Shown here: piece by piece, positions 1 to 15,940 of the stretch
Layout: every line of letters starts with the position of its first letter
Position numbering within the stretch: the first letter of the stretch is position 1
Source of the DNA: Eledone cirrhosa
Lineage: Eukaryota
DNA length: 64,000 nucleotides
Reading direction: 5' to 3'
Assembly: GCA_964016885.1 (NCBI GenBank)
Contig: OZ024746.1
Location: 28,768,001 to 28,832,000 of the forward strand
The notes under the pieces: model-generated
Told to the model about the DNA's origin: nothing
Database searches by the model: none
What the model saw: the letters and a program-made list of their open reading frames with translations, nothing else
Program-made: the position numbers and the translations under genes

Positions 1-104
1 TTTAATCAGAGATGTTTAAAATGCAGCTCAATCACCATTTTAATTACCTGTGGCGATGCTTTAATTTCGCAAAGACATTAAATATATCGCTATGACTACT
101 CAAA

Positions 105-117
105 CATCATCACATTG

Positions 118-159
<42 letters not shown>

Positions 160-444
160 AACCATCAACATCATCACCATTATTATCGTCATCACCCCCA
201 TCATCATTATCATCATCCACCTCATTGTTATCATTATCATCATTGTGAAACTCATTATTATCATCATCATCACCACCACCATCATCATCATCCTCATCCT
301 CATCAATATCACCATCATCATCATCACCATGTCATCATCATCATCATCATCATCACCACATCATCATCAGCACGATCATTCTCGCTCCACCCCTCTCTCT
401 CTCGTTCTCTATATATATCTCTCTCCCCCTCTCCCCCCCTCGCT

Positions 445-489
<45 letters not shown>

Positions 490-490
490 A
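105..490. repeat. Degenerate (CAT)n tract followed by (CT)n/(CTAT)n
   Basis: Directly visible; source of the poly-His/Ile/Met ORFs. Confidence 0.95.
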
Positions 491-916
491 CTCTCAGTTC
501 ATATTTTATTTGCTTATGAGACGCAATAGATAAATTAAAACTCATTATTAATTGACGTTATATCATCGGGGAAATTCATATTAACATTTTAGCTCCACCT
601 ACTTTAGAGAAGATGCTTCAGGCTTTAAGCTCATTGCAGTGGCCATTTTTATGTTGTAAATTATCAGCATCGTTGTCGTCGTCGTTATCGTCCTCTTCCC
701 CTCCTCCTCCTTATCCTCCTCCTCATCATCATCATCATCATCACTATCATTATCGTCATCAACATAGCCATCACCATTATCCTAGGTTTCGTCCCCAAAA
801 TGACTATCAAATTTAATGAGTCAGATATAGAGAAAGTTATAAACATCAGGAATATAAAATATATGATGTCGCAATTTGTTATAATATAGCTACACTAATA
901 GATCCTCTCATTCAAT

Positions 917-979
<63 letters not shown>

Positions 980-1424
980 TATACATAATATTATACATTA
1001 TACTAAAAGGAAAAAGTTACATCATTCTGCATCGCTTTTGCTATATATCTTGTTAATATAATTTGAATTCTAGATAAGCTGATAAGCTGGTCATTGACAC
1101 TCATCTTGGTGTATACATTGAAAGTGTTTTACTAGCAAATTATTTCAGAATATTTGTTGCCGCAGAAAAATAATAGGATCTCCGTCAGTTTCGATGAAAT
1201 TCATTCAGTTGTTCGATAAAATGAATAACACCCAACTAGTGAATTAACCAATAAATAGTTGAGTTATTATAAGAATTACCATGACTTCCATCTATAGATC
1301 AGCTTACTTGGGTCTGGAGCACCAGTATTTGGTAGAGATATTCACCAATAACAATATAATAATGATCATGTCTTCGATCTCTACATCAGCTTTCTAAAAT
1401 AGCAAGCACGATTTCTAATCTTTG

Positions 1425-1765
1425 ATCCTCCGTCATCTTCAATGATCAGCACTCAGTCGTTCCTTCAGCTCAAATCTAGCTCATTCAGTTAGCATGAAAG
1501 TGGTTGAGTATTCCACTTACATGTATGCCCTTAACGTAATTCTCTTGCCGAATTAGTGTGCCACAATGGGTGACAAGGGTGGGGGTTTTGAATTTACAGG
1601 TACAATCAATTCGGCGGTCTTCAACACAGTTTCCCCTTACACAATTTCACTTACAAATTTGGTTTCACCTGAGGCTATCATAAATATTTTCTCATAGTAT
1701 CACGTAGTCAGAGGGAATCCCAGACCTCCAGATTGCGGAGCGCAATTCTTAACCAGTGAGATGCG
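1425..1765 (-). mobile_element. Decayed tRNA-derived SINE (family A), approximate limits
   Basis: Shares gtggttgagtattccac...cccttaacgta...ttctc body and reversed tRNA-like head with other copies (3190, 5390, 61620). Confidence 0.6.
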
Positions 1766-1884
1766 TTTAGATAAATATTCTCTTGAATTTAGATAAGTTG
1801 TTTATTGTCTCTTAGTTGGGTTTATACACAGAGACTGTTCCACTATTAATGGGTTTGAGAAATAATGGTGTGTGTAGTGGTTGT

Positions 1885-2340
1885 AGTTGCAAATCTTCCT
1901 GAGAATTATGGCAAATGTACAGGTGGCTATGGTTGCTCAGCCACTTACACGATGGTTTATATAAAATGGATTACACCTGCTATAGAAGTTGCCGGTCTTC
2001 TCGCACATTCTGTGTCACGCAGACCCTCTTTGGAAATTATATTAAATGTAAAGGTCTGTAGACATCTCTGCCACTTTCATTATAATATAAAATGGTGTGT
2101 ACCTGTAATTCAATGGTCCGGCCTTGTCAGACACTGTGACATGTTGAATCTCGCTGATTACGTTAATGCTACACGTATCTCTGAAATTATTATATAAAAA
2201 GGAATATCCCTGTAATTCAAAGGTCCGGTCTTGTTTTCCATGTGCCTATAGAATGTGCGACCATTTCTACGTTAATTTCCCGATCAGTTTGTTCTGTTAA
2301 TTGTCCACTAGGATATTCATCATCGAAAGCGACGTAAGTC
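1885..2340 (+). mobile_element. SINE family A body fragments, internally repeated
   Basis: Recurrent cctgtaattcaa.ggtccgg.cttgt motif (2101, 2209) and gctcagccactt motif. Confidence 0.55.
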
Positions 2341-3189
2341 CATTCCATATTATATAATATTTATTCTCATTAATTCATGCATGAAATGTGAGAAATTTGG
2401 TAATGTTACCACTCTAATCTCCAGCTGTTTCTATCAGTGCACAATATTGATATAATTAATAATTACTTGCAATTAAATTTATTATTTTCTCTCATAGAAT
2501 GGAATAATGGAAAATGTTAATAGATTTTAAGTGAGTTTAATACAAAGTTTAGAGAATGGAGGGGGTGGGGTCTGGGTGATTTGAACACATAATCTAACTA
2601 GATACCGGAAGACATGTTCACCTCTCTACCGACTTTGTTTACAGAATAGCAATGTTGTGGGAGCAGAGTCGTTAGAAATTGGGATATACGGCGTTTGTAG
2701 CTACTGTTTAATCAATGTAGACTTTAATGGACAGTTGATTAAATATCAATAGAGTCAAATAGATATACGGTGGTTGTAGCTATTGTTTAGTCAGTATCAA
2801 CTATGATTTACGTATAATTAGATGTCAATAAAATCAATGATTTAATGTCGTTGTAGCTATTGTTTAGTCAAATGTGACTGACATATTCTTTAATGTCAGT
2901 GCAGCTATGTCCAACCATGCTATTGCTAGATGTAGTGTACCTAAAGCTACTTTATACAATGTTCTTCAGTTTTTAAACCTGCAGGGTGTAATTTGCGGTA
3001 GATTTCGTTATTATTTCTATTAGGCCTAGACAGCCTAGAACATCATAAAGTATACATATTTACCAAAGATGCCACGTAGTTTGATCGTCTCGGAATGTCA
3101 TGATTGCAAAGTGATCTCTTTACTCACTCATTCATACTTACACTCTAGTTACCATTTTATTGTGTATGGGCCTTCATCTTTTCAGACTG

Positions 3190-3610
3190 CACGTAAAATA
3201 ATGAGCAAGTGGTTGAGTATTCCACACACATATGTACCTTTAACGTAGCTTTCAAGCAGAATCCGTATGACACAGTATATAGAGTCAACGACATTTTCAC
3301 TGCATGTCACGAGATTGGGATCGAACTTGGGATATCATGTTTACTGGGTGAAGGTTTCAAACACATCGTGGTATTCGACTGGCATCTGATTCTCAAGGAG
3401 AATCAAAGTGACAGTATGTAACAAGGATGACCATTTGAATTGCAGGTACAGTTCATCCGACCGGATTTCTACCAGTTTCGGTCTAACAAATTTCATTCCC
3501 AAGGCTTCAATGGACCCGAGGTTATGACAACAATTGCCCAAGTTTCCTCGCTGCAGAATCAAACCCGAGATCTGATTACGAAACGAATATTTTAATCACT
3601 CACTTATGCC
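3190..3610 (-). mobile_element. Decayed SINE family A copy or copies
   Basis: gtggttgagtattccacacacatatgtacctttaacgtag body; reversed tRNA-like head near 3550-3610. Confidence 0.6.
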
Positions 3611-4248
3611 TTGTGCTCTAACTTACTTAGATCACAATATTTTAAATTCAAAGCTACGAAAGACGAAACGTGTGTCATGTTCCAAACTCCTAATAAAGTT
3701 ATACCACTCCATCCTACTTATACTATTATTTTTCTTCTCACACAAATAACATTATTTCCACAAAAATCTTATGTCATTTTCATTTTCTTTCCCACTCTTA
3801 TTGTAAAATGCTGCCAAAATGGACGTTATTACATGAATTGAAAAAATCTCTGTTCAAAGACGTTTGACTGGCTGTCAGTAAAATGGTGGGGGTGAGGAAT
3901 AGAGAAACGAGAGAATGTTTAAAATGGAAGAGAACAGTAAAATTTAGTCATGTTGTGCAAACCAATGGAAGGAAGTTAAATGTAGTCGTCACTAAGACGC
4001 CAAGTTTGGGTCGATAATGGCGTGAGAGTGTTATTGTAACATCAGAGAAATTACCTTTGTCCGCAAGGAAACTGGTAGTAATTCAGCATTAAATAATACA
4101 GTTAAAGGATGCCTGCTACATTAAATTACCATACCTGCTCTAAAGTGAATGGAGAAATGAAATGAAATGAAATAAGATGAACATAAAAAGAAAAAATACA
4201 CGCACGCGAGCACACACACGCACACACACACACACACATATACATACA

Positions 4249-4274
<26 letters not shown>

Positions 4275-4280
<6 letters not shown>

Positions 4281-4450
4281 CATATATATATATTAAACGG
4301 AGTTGGGGCTCGACGGCTGTGCTCTTACCGTTTCGACAGCTAATTCAAGTCTCAAACAGCAATAGCTCAGCCGGTGGTCCGCCGACTCTTTCTAATATAC
4401 ACACACTTTACTATCCCAAGTATCGAGTACTCTGTTGAATAATGGTCGTA
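4275..4450. mobile_element. Decayed copy of the (TA)n-inserted hairpin element family
   Basis: gacggctgtgctcttaccgtttcgacagctaattc and ctatcccaagtatcgagtactctg match copies at 16591 and 27608. Confidence 0.6.
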
Positions 4451-5144
4451 CAATTCTAATACTGCAAATAGTTGTGCATTCAACAAATGCGGGCATCATT
4501 AGTGAAATTCTCTGGGAGATTCAGGTGACACACTGTGTTACACGGCTGGTCTTTTGAATTACATGTGCAACCCATGTTTCCTCAGTCGGTTTTTCCCTTC
4601 ATATCATAATTACTGATCTAGGACCCCCTGCATGCTATCTTCAGTACGTGTCAATTACCATAACTTTCAGTTGACACATAGCTTTGGAAAGTTGGTAGAC
4701 GGTAAATGTTTGGAAGCCTGTTGAATGGATCGAGCCTGTAATTCCCAGGGAGGGCCATGTCACATATTGTGAAACACTGAATCACTTTGACAGTCTTGTT
4801 AAGACTGGAATGCTCAGTCGCTTACCCGTTCATTCCATGGACTGGTAGTTCCGTTGATCGAACAATTGGAACACATCATTCATCGAAATAGATGCAGGTC
4901 GATCGATCGATAATAATATAGGCAGAACCCCAGCATTTTCGTGGGAGGAGAACAGTAGATTATACCGACCCCTGTATTTCACTAGTACTTTATTTATATC
5001 CACCCCGATAGAATGAAATGTAAAATTCATCACAGTAGATTTTAACTCAAAGCCTAGAAAGAGCTGAAACATAATCAATTCTATGCGACGCCTTAAGTGG
5101 CTGATTGAAACATAGTTTATAAGAAGCTAGACTACTACATAAAA

Positions 5145-5355
5145 TACAACGACGACGACCACTACAATAGCAACAACATCTTCAATAACGGTGACAGCAA
5201 CGACGTCGTCAATAGCAACAACATCAACATCAACAGCATCAACAACAACAACGACGATAGCAACAACAGCAACATCATTAACAGCATCAACGACAACGAA
5301 AATAGCAACAATATCAACAACATTAGCAACAACAACAATAGCAACAACAACATAT
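5145..5355. repeat. Degenerate (CAA/CAG/CAT)n triplet tract
   Basis: Directly visible. Confidence 0.9.
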
Positions 5356-5389
5356 ATAATGTGTGTTGTTATATTTAGCCAGTTCCAGC

Positions 5390-5685
5390 GACAAGCGTTC
5401 TAATTGTTCAAACAATGGAACAGCCAGCTCTTGAAATTAACATATAACCTGCTGAGAATTCCACAAGCACGTGTACCCTTAATGTAACTCTGAGGAAGAT
5501 TCAGCATGACAAATCGTGAGACGTTAAATTAGAGGTAGAACCGATTTTTGCCATCTGAGTGAATCGGAGCAACGTGAAAGAAAGTATAATGCTCAAAGAA
5601 ACACCACTCACCGCAGGGCAAGAATCGAACTGACGACCTTGCGGTCGTTAACTCAACATCCTAAACTTTCATCCACATGCGGCAT
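5390..5685 (-). mobile_element. tRNA-derived SINE family A, near full length
   Basis: Body cacgtgtacccttaatgtaactctgagg; central ggagcaacgtgaaa...gctcaa; reversed B-box-like gaatcgaact. Confidence 0.7.
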
Positions 5686-7844
5686 ACACATTAGATTTTT
5701 TTTTTTTATCTGTTAATATTTCACCTATGTCATAAGAGAAAACGGAAAATGGCAATATTACCCTCCCCCCTGTTTGTTATATCCCCCACCCCGTACTATC
5801 CCACCTCCATAACCATTAAGCTGGTAGAATTCGTTGAATATATAATTCTTCATCTGTTCACTTGCCTCAAGTACATTGACAGATACACCATATATCTCAT
5901 TAATTATAGATTTTCTGATTGAATTCATCCGTCGTTGTATATTTCATAAAACCAAATAACATCTGGAGGTAGTCTCTGCGCACAGAAATATTGTGGTTGT
6001 TGATGTGGTTGGCGAACGGATTTAAAGCTCACCTATCACTTTCTACAGATTCCCTTCCATCGAGAAACAGAACCATTTAGAATATTGTCATTACAAATTT
6101 ATAAACGTATCACAACACTGTCGAAATTAGTGCCTCAATATTTTTCAATAAAAACCAGGAAACTATTTAAAACAAGGAAAGAAAGAGGTCGTTATACAAA
6201 TCGAAAATAGGAGACTGTGTTTCTATTGGTCTTTCATTGTTGGTACTATCTACTTTTCACAACTTCTGTCAGAAACGTCACTGAGTTTCTGATGACAGAA
6301 GGTGGGATTTGAACTCAGAACTTACAGAGCTGGAACAGCTATCGTAAAGCATCGCAACCGACTTTTCAGATTTCCATCACCCAAATGTCCTTTATTTATC
6401 AACCCCAAAATGATAAAAGGAAAAGTCGACCTTAACTGAATTTGAGCGCAGTGAGCCATAACAACTGTTGCAAAATATTTAATCCCCACTCTAATGCTGC
6501 TGCCTTATTATGTATATCAAATAAGGAATGTATTTTTCCTTTCGTCAGTTATATGTGGAAGAGCGGTGTTGCCTGTTTAAAGCTGTTGAGGTTCACAAAC
6601 TTTGTGCGGTAAACCTAATATTTGGACCTGTTTAACACCAAGACTACCTAAAATTGAATATCTTTAACGGTTTTCACCCATTTGCGGGTATTCGGAGCAG
6701 TTTTCCTGTCTTAGGTGAGTTAAATATAGTGGTGCCTTACTTTCTTATACAGCAACCAATGATGTAGTTTCTAGCTGGGTTCTCCGCTTCCTCAACCATC
6801 CCAATGCTTCACCTCGAACTTCTTCAAAAGGTCTTGGGCGTTGCCCTTCCTCAATTGACTAAGATATAAAGGGAATGATGTTGTATATTCCATCTCCGGC
6901 TAAATGAAGATTGTTTGGTGCTTGGCTTTAAATAAACGACAAACTATGGTGAAGATAAACTTAACCATTGTTCAAAGAATGAAACTAAACTGGGGTGTTT
7001 GAATCAGCGTAGCAAACGACAACAATAAAAACCATTACCCCATCAACAACAAACAGCACTTTCACCACTACCACCAGCACCACCACCACCACTACTACAA
7101 CAACAACACCAGCAACAAGATATATAATAGAAACTACATTATTCCGCTTCTAGATTGCATCTAGCTTTAGCTAATAATACATTTATCTGTGTTATTTACT
7201 TCCTAAATTGCTTCTCCTTATCTATTTCCACTTCCATTTAACAACCAAAGTTGCTGTCCCCTTTACATAGAAGATAGTGTCTCCATTGTTATTTAAACTA
7301 TCAAACTATCGCATCTCTTGAACCAGCTCATTGTCACTCCACTGAAATTTAACAATCAGCCTGACTATCTTCCGTCGATACTTAATTATGTTATGTATGT
7401 TTGTCCTTCAGGCAAGAAGGAGGAAGAATATATTTCAGTCATCCGAAAACAATAGGGACAAGAACAGCAGGCAGCCTACTGGACTGATAACATTAATTTG
7501 TTCTTGGAAGAATCTCTCAAGCTATTTCTATCATACAGTCGTAAAATTAATTTCGTAATTAATCCAAACGTGAGCTTTTAATGAAATTCTAACTTCACTT
7601 GCTTGCTTTGGTTGGACGAATTATAAAACAATAATCAAAGCAATCACACTTATCGATGCCTGAAATTGTTCAAATTTCTGCTTTACTGGAAGACTTTCAG
7701 GATTAAAACAAGTTTTTTTTTTTTGGGGGGGGGGGGGAGGGGTAAGTATGTGCAACAGAGAATGTGGGTGATAGTATGTCCTCATGGCGGAGAAGGCGTC
7801 CAATTATAATGGTTGTCTTTTTGAATTCGCAACATTGTCTGTGG

Positions 7845-8170
7845 ACGCAGCATGGCCGAATACTTAAGAAGATTGCTTCGTAATTATTAGGTTCGCAGTT
7901 CGATCCTACTTCGTGGTATGTTGGGCTAATGTCATTTATCAAATCACAGGTCGACCTAGTCCATGAGAGTGAAATTGTGTAGACGGAATCTGGCTGGCAG
8001 CCTGTCGAATGGACTGTACCTGTAATTGAAATGGCCATCTGTATCATAAACTGTGTAAAACTGAAACTCCAAGGGAATTACATTAGTTGCTCAGGAACGT
8101 TAATTTCATGAACAGGCTGTTCTGTTGAGCTAACGATTGGAACACTCCTTCTTAAAACTGACGGATATTC
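7845..8170 (+). mobile_element. tRNA-derived SINE family A
   Basis: tRNA-like head (tggccgaat...gttcgatcct) followed by family body gttaatttcatgaacaggctgttctgttga. Confidence 0.65.
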
Positions 8171-8509
8171 CTCTTTTACCTTCCATTACTTAACCAGGGA
8201 GTTCACGCTTCACAGCCAAGCAGCTTATTGACTCCCACAATCACTCTTGCGTTTGAATAATTTACTAGTTTGCTCTAAAACAGTCCATGTTTGAACATTT
8301 AATTAGGTCCAGTTTGGGTCATAAGTGAATAACAAAACCTTGCCAGACGGGAGGTCGAATAGATTGTGTGGTGGTGGGGGGGGGGGGGGTCATCATACAA
8401 CTGCCAGGATTTTGGTCTCTGAATCGAACTGATGATATAAATACTCAACTTCCACATTATGTATAAGTTACTTTTAACTTTCGTTTGAACTCACAAAAGT
8501 ACCCTCCAC

Positions 8510-8564
<55 letters not shown>

Positions 8565-8595
8565 AATATAAAATAGATAGATAGATACACACATG

Positions 8596-8669
<74 letters not shown>

Positions 8670-9167
8670 TTGAGGTGAAGTCAGGATAAAACACTATCAG
8701 TGTGACCAAAATGTTACATCTGTAGTCAGGTGGCGTAGATGAGGGGGCCCATGCTGTAAGACCGGCATTGCTCAATGTAATCAGATACCTAGATGAGAGT
8801 GACCAAGCCGTAAGAGCGGCATACACCAACGTTGTTGTGTCCAAATATTTACAGCTGTAGTCGAGTTCAACTAGATGAGGGCGAATGTTATAATTTCTAC
8901 CTAAACACACAGAGTCAAGGATACATCGGTGGATGTGTGAAAACCAATAACAGATTAATATCGTAGTAGTCAGTGAACTATGGATCTTTATATTTGTGCT
9001 AGTTTTACAATATTTTAATATAATATTTTGTAATCCAGGTCTCTAACGTCACCTAATATTCTCGTTAAGTGACCATCCTGTCACATCAATTTAATCCAAC
9101 CTTTGTTTCTATTGTAATGTTTCTTCACATGAATAACTTAGGATAATCACTTCAAGTCACGTCAGAG

Positions 9168-9265
9168 AATATATATATATGTGTGCGTGTGTGTGTGTGT
9201 GTACGTATATATATATATGCATATATATATATATATATGCATATATATATGCATATATGTATATA

Positions 9266-9310
<45 letters not shown>

Positions 9311-9435
9311 ATATATATGTGTGTGTGTGTGTACGTATATATATATATATATATATGCATATATATATGCATATATATATATGCATATATATATATGCAT
9401 ATATATATATATGCATATATATATATATGCATGCA

Positions 9436-9478
<43 letters not shown>

Positions 9479-9515
9479 ATAATAATATATATGTGTGTGT
9501 GTGTGTGTGTGTGTA
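9168..9515. repeat. Compound (TA)n/(TG)n/TGCA microsatellite with internal direct duplication
   Basis: taataatatatatgtgtgtg...gtac block recurs near 9305 and 9480. Confidence 0.9.
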
Positions 9516-9748
9516 CAAAACAATAAACAATAAATTATATCGAAAAGTAAGTTATCACAATGGAGAAGAATTGTGTAAAATCAAGCTATAGATGCAGACA
9601 GGCGTAAATCATAAATATAAAATATATTTCCTGTCAAGAATGATCGATTCATTTCTATAGAAAGGCCGTGAACAAGAAAACCTTTACGTATATATGAATA
9701 CGCACACACGCACGCACACACACACACACACATACACGCACACACTCA

Positions 9749-9868
<120 letters not shown>

Positions 9869-10404
9869 CAGGTAAGCATCAAATATTATATAAACATAAG
9901 CCTCCAGCATCCTTCTTCGGGATAGAGTGTGCATCTTATCCAATTTTCGTTTTCATATTTCATGTCGTTACTTACGTTAAGCGTATTATAGTAAGTTTTC
10001 AAGTTTCGAATCAGCAATGGAAATAAGTTAAGTTTCAGCTTTACAGATTGAAAACCCAATGTAATTTACAAAAAGAATATTTATATTTAGTAAGATTTAT
10101 CGTCTCTGAGAATTTGTCTGTTACGAACGAGTATAAGTAGCCCAAAAAATATCGAATGCCTGATGTAATCTGTAAAAGTTTTCAAAATGTCAAAACATAT
10201 CTCAGAGGAGATTACAGTGTTGAGTGTTCTACTTGCATATCCCATGAGAACACAACTTTTATTTTATGTAATGCTTTCAAAATGGCGTCATAGTCTACTG
10301 ATAAATGGGTTATCGTTTGCTGTAAAACAAGATTGTCAATTCGAATAAACATTTGTACGTGATTTCTTTTAAGATGGGCGGATATTCTGGCCACAACAAC
10401 AACG

Positions 10405-10437
<33 letters not shown>

Positions 10438-12159
10438 GCAACAACAACAACAACAGCAACAACAACAACAACAACGACAAACAACAACAATAATAATAAT
10501 GGTAATGATAACAACAACAATAAAAAATGCACAGTTCTTGACAGTGATAAATGTAGGTTGAAACTACCTGGAATATGATATATCGTTGCCTCTCGAGATT
10601 CACTGTTCTTCGATTCTTGATAGTGTTAAATATCAGCTCAAACATCATGGTATACAACAAAAGATATTTTAAGAAGACAGCTAGTGAAAACTTATTGCCT
10701 AATAGTACGATTCTCGATGAACGTGACACCTTGTGTCCTTGAGCAAGAAATTTGATTTAATGTTGCTCGATTCGACTTAGCTGAAAACAAATGCGTACAA
10801 TACGTATAAGCAGCAGTTGAGGGTGAGGGGTTAATGGTACGAAGAAAATGGTCTTATACACTCAGTTGCTAAATATGAATAAAATCTGGAGAAGCTTTGT
10901 TCTGGCGCAGACTTTAATATTTCTTATAGACAAGAAATGCAAGTTCGTGTCTTAGTCGTGATCGTAAGTCTGTAGTTTGGAGTCCTGAACTGAACGTCGT
11001 ATTGTGTCATTGAAACAAACACTTCATTTGCCGTTGCTTTCTGAAAGAAAAAGATACCAGTCTTCAGCTGAAAGGGAAACACCCCAGTAACAGCTACAGA
11101 TTTACTCTGCAATGGACCAGTGTCGTTTTATGATAGGACTGGACTCCCTATTAGTAATACACCTAAGAAAGATCGTATGCGATACAACTTCGAAGAAGAA
11201 CCACTAAAACTACATAAGTGTGAGCTGCAACAACAACATCATCACTAGGTTAGACATGAGAACATTTAGAGGACTGTTTTTCTGGGCAATAATCATGTTA
11301 TTATAGTCAACTAATGAATGTGTTGCGTTTGGTGCTGGGAGCGGGCAGCTTACTTTATATTGCCTCATTCCATTCCCCAATCTACAATTCCCAGCTATGG
11401 ATTAATGTTGTGATGGACCGGCCTCCCATCGAAAAGTGGAGAGTATTTTACTGTTTGTCCCTTAATATCAATAAATACGGGAAATTGTGGTCAAATGTTA
11501 AGGGAAGTAAACAAGGTGAAAAGTTTTAGAAACAGTAAAGTTACATTTTTTTCCATATTGTCATAGGAAATATTTAGAATATGGAAGCATTGTCTTTTTA
11601 CAGATTTCCACACTTTCTATCTTGTAAATATGACACAGGAATGTTGAAGATTGAATAAAATTAATTGTATCAGGCGGACAATATATTTCGTCTGAAATAT
11701 AATCAGCAATGGGTTAAGAGAATAATTCCCTCGGGTAAATGATCTATCTTAAGCCATCATGCTTGAGTCTACCAAATTTTCTCTTACGCAAACGTCAGTA
11801 ATTTATTTATAAGGTAAGTTAGATTGATGGTTCCTAGATTTTCATTGATGTCATTACAGTTCGTGTACTGACAGTTCTAACTAAGAAAGCAGTTATATAT
11901 ATCTGATTAATTTATCCCCCCTCCCCACACACATACAGGCCAGACACACACACTCACACACGAAGACACAGGCACACACCTATTCTCTGTGAGAGAGAGT
12001 GTGTGAGTGTCATTACACTACGTCCATATTTCATGTATGAATCACTGCACGTTATTATACCTGAATTTAAGTTTGTTTAAAATCTCGTTAAAATGTTTAT
12101 CGCATGTCAAATTAAGCCATTTTATTCTTCTTATCTCGCTCTTCATTTCCACTACTTTA

Positions 12160-13075
<916 letters not shown>

Positions 13076-13139
13076 TATATAAATATATATATACATATAT
13101 GTATATATATTTTTATATATATATATATATACATATACA

Positions 13140-13179
<40 letters not shown>

Positions 13180-13289
13180 TATAAATATATATATGTATAT
13201 ATATGTATATATATATATGTATATATATATATGTATATATATATATGTATATATATGTATGTATATATATCTGTAAATATATATATATA

Positions 13290-13361
<72 letters not shown>

Positions 13362-14289
13362 ATATATGTATATAAACATGTATGTATATTCTTTCAATGT
13401 AATTTAGCTGCTTCAAAATCTATTTATTAGTTTGACATCAGTATGACGGAATTAATTCGAATAAAATTTACAACAACAACAACACCATTATGAAGAAGAA
13501 CTTCGTGTTATTTTCTATGAGAAAGCACAAAAACTAACAACAGAAAAAAGATTTCTGAAACATTCCATTCTTGCTAAACGGCTTATTTCTTCTCTCGAAT
13601 TTAAATATGTGTTGTTGTTTTTTTCATTCTAAGTTTTTTTTTTATTCCTATTTTCCTTTCATTAAAAAAAAAAACTAATAAAAAAGTATATACATAGGTT
13701 ATTCTTGTCAATAATGGATTTAATTTGTTTCACCGAGTTGTTAAAAAACAAAGAATCTCTCATACCATTAGACTTTTATTTTGGATAATTGTTGAAGAAA
13801 ATGTAATTGAATTCGTTGCTGGCTTCAATTAAGTGTTAAAAACAAACATCTTTTCTGTTTGTTTGTATGTTTTTCGTGCTTTCCTTTTTTTTTTTTGTTT
13901 TTTAATATAACGACAAATATAGATTCATTAGCTGAGATGTCTTTCATATCACGAATAAAATAAGAGGAAAAAAATCTATTTTTAAGATTTCCAATGCTGT
14001 TTGTTTTGAAGGATAATGTAAACATGTTGCCTAGAAAGTAAGCGAATAAAAACACGATATTTGGTTTCCCTAGCCGAAGTAGTTAGTGGGAAAACTTCGC
14101 AGCCAAATTTTCAAGTTCTGCTTATGTCTATGAAATCTCTATAATAATAATTGCAATGGATTTTTGTCCGTCTGTCACACGAACGCTACCTTCTGCCAAT
14201 AAGTGTAACATTAAGAATGTGATGTTATAAAATGTTCCAAAATGAATATCACATATATATGTCGATCGATTGCTTATTGATTAGGTGAG

Positions 14290-14402
14290 ATCTGCTGATG
14301 AAGCCGCATACACCGATTGTGCTTTATTGCATAATAAATGCAGACAGTAGATGCTGTAGGCTTTCTTGCTGCATTAAGTTTGGTCGAAATTCGAGTACGG
14401 GT
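14290..14402 (+). ncRNA. Possible decayed type I hammerhead with long stem II region
   Basis: atctg-CTGATGA...GAAA-ttcga-GTA-cgggt; stem I pairs with G.U wobbles; stem II about 85 nt and poorly defined. Confidence 0.4.
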
Positions 14403-14605
14403 ATAAATCTATAGTACCATTTACGCGAGTTATATTGAGGCAAATACCTTTGTGTCTACTCTGGGATTTTTACATAACCTTACGTATTGAGTACGCTGAG
14501 ATGAAACCGGTACTAGCAGGGAAACCTTATGCTAGTCCCGTCAACTTCTTATATATATATATATATATATATGGTATGTATGTATTATATATTCTGTATC
14601 TATCT

Positions 14606-14683
<78 letters not shown>

Positions 14684-14954
14684 CCCGCCTTCTCTCTCTC
14701 TCTCTTTTTAAAGTTTGGTGAAGACCGTAAATGCTATTTATTCTGTCCGTTATACAATCAGTGTATGCACCAGTAATTATAAATCCCACACAGATCCATA
14801 CTCTCTATCTAATCATTTCCGAGCTTATGTTTGTGTAAAGAAATGGATGTTTTCATTACTGTCAGATAAAAATAAGATGTCTTATTAAACTGAACAGTAA
14901 TTAAAACAGCATGAAAACTGCGTATGAAAATGAATATAATTAATTTAACACAGA

Positions 14955-15250
14955 TATGCCTGAGTGGTTAAGGAGTTAGCTACACAATGATGAGGATCTG
15001 TGTTTGAGAAAGTATCAACGATATAGTCACGGGTCTATCCAAACTTTGGGAGCGAAATTGAGTAAAGAGAAATTGAATGGAAGCCTGTTGGATGGACCGT
15101 GTCTGTCATTCATAGGTTCAGCCGTGTCACGCTAATTTGGCTTAGGAATAATGTTAAGGATACCCCTGTCTTTGGAATACTCAACAACCTAAACGTTAAT
15201 CTGATGAATACTGACTATTAAAGCCAATAGAAGACCCATCATTTCCTTGT
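14955..15250 (+). mobile_element. Decayed SINE family A
   Basis: tgcctgagtggttaagg A-box-like head; family body motifs. Confidence 0.55.
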
Positions 15251-15659
15251 CAGGAATAAAGAATACGAATGTCGATCGCTTCACTTATTGTACATCTTTG
15301 CAGGCGAAGTTAAACGGTCGATAATCAGAGATTAGAATGCAGGTTAAATCCAGTGGTTATCGTGATAGACGATAGAAATAGCTAAGGTACAATAGAGGTT
15401 CAACATTTTGTCAGTGCATCACTTAGTTTTATATAGGTTCTATATGAAATTAACACCAACAGACTACGAAAGGTATAGAACAATTTCTGCGAGTTTTTCT
15501 CACACTGTTTAAACATGGAAGGGAGGGTGGTTTCATGAATCGTTTCAGAGTTTCCAAGATTTGTGGAAAAGAAAGAGGAAAGCAGTCCCAAACCAAAAAC
15601 GTTGCCAGCGTCAAGTTTCTGTTAGGTGATGGATTATATCTTGTGATAAAATACTTTTA

Positions 15660-15940
15660 TGCGTGGCCTAATGGTTAGATTGTTGGACTTACGATCATAA
15701 TGTCATCGGTTCAATTCCTAGACAGGATGTTGCTTTGTGTTCTAAAACCAAACACTTTATTTCACGTTTCTCAATACACTTAGCTGAGAGTGAGTACCAG
15801 TAATATCTGTGGAGTTGATCCTGTGATAGACTGACGTTCTATCCAGGGAGAATCATGTACTCTCAGTTGCTTAACGCCAAGGAAGCCGGGTATAAACACC
15901 GGTCTGGTGAGTCTTCGGCTTAGAAAAGGTTTTAACTTTG
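15660..15940 (+). mobile_element. tRNA-derived SINE with CORE/V-like central box
   Basis: gcgtggcctaatggttag...ggttcaattcc head; aacactttatttcacgtt central motif. Confidence 0.7.

Noticed and set aside
92-816. Poly-His/Ile/Met ORFs
   Set aside because: Translations of (CAT)n; open in several frames; no domain or splice evidence
6288-6550. CTGATGA near 6288 and minus-strand CTGACGA near 6542 (also 8430, 11061, 15201, 55254)
   Set aside because: No properly placed GAAA, stems or NUH triplet; chance cores
7395-7560. Possible exon after a pyrimidine-rich ttcag acceptor
   Set aside because: No clear donor, no recognisable peptide, no supporting neighbouring exons
15660-15730. tRNA-like A/B boxes here and at other SINE heads
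   Set aside because: No complete cloverleaf; continuous with SINE bodies
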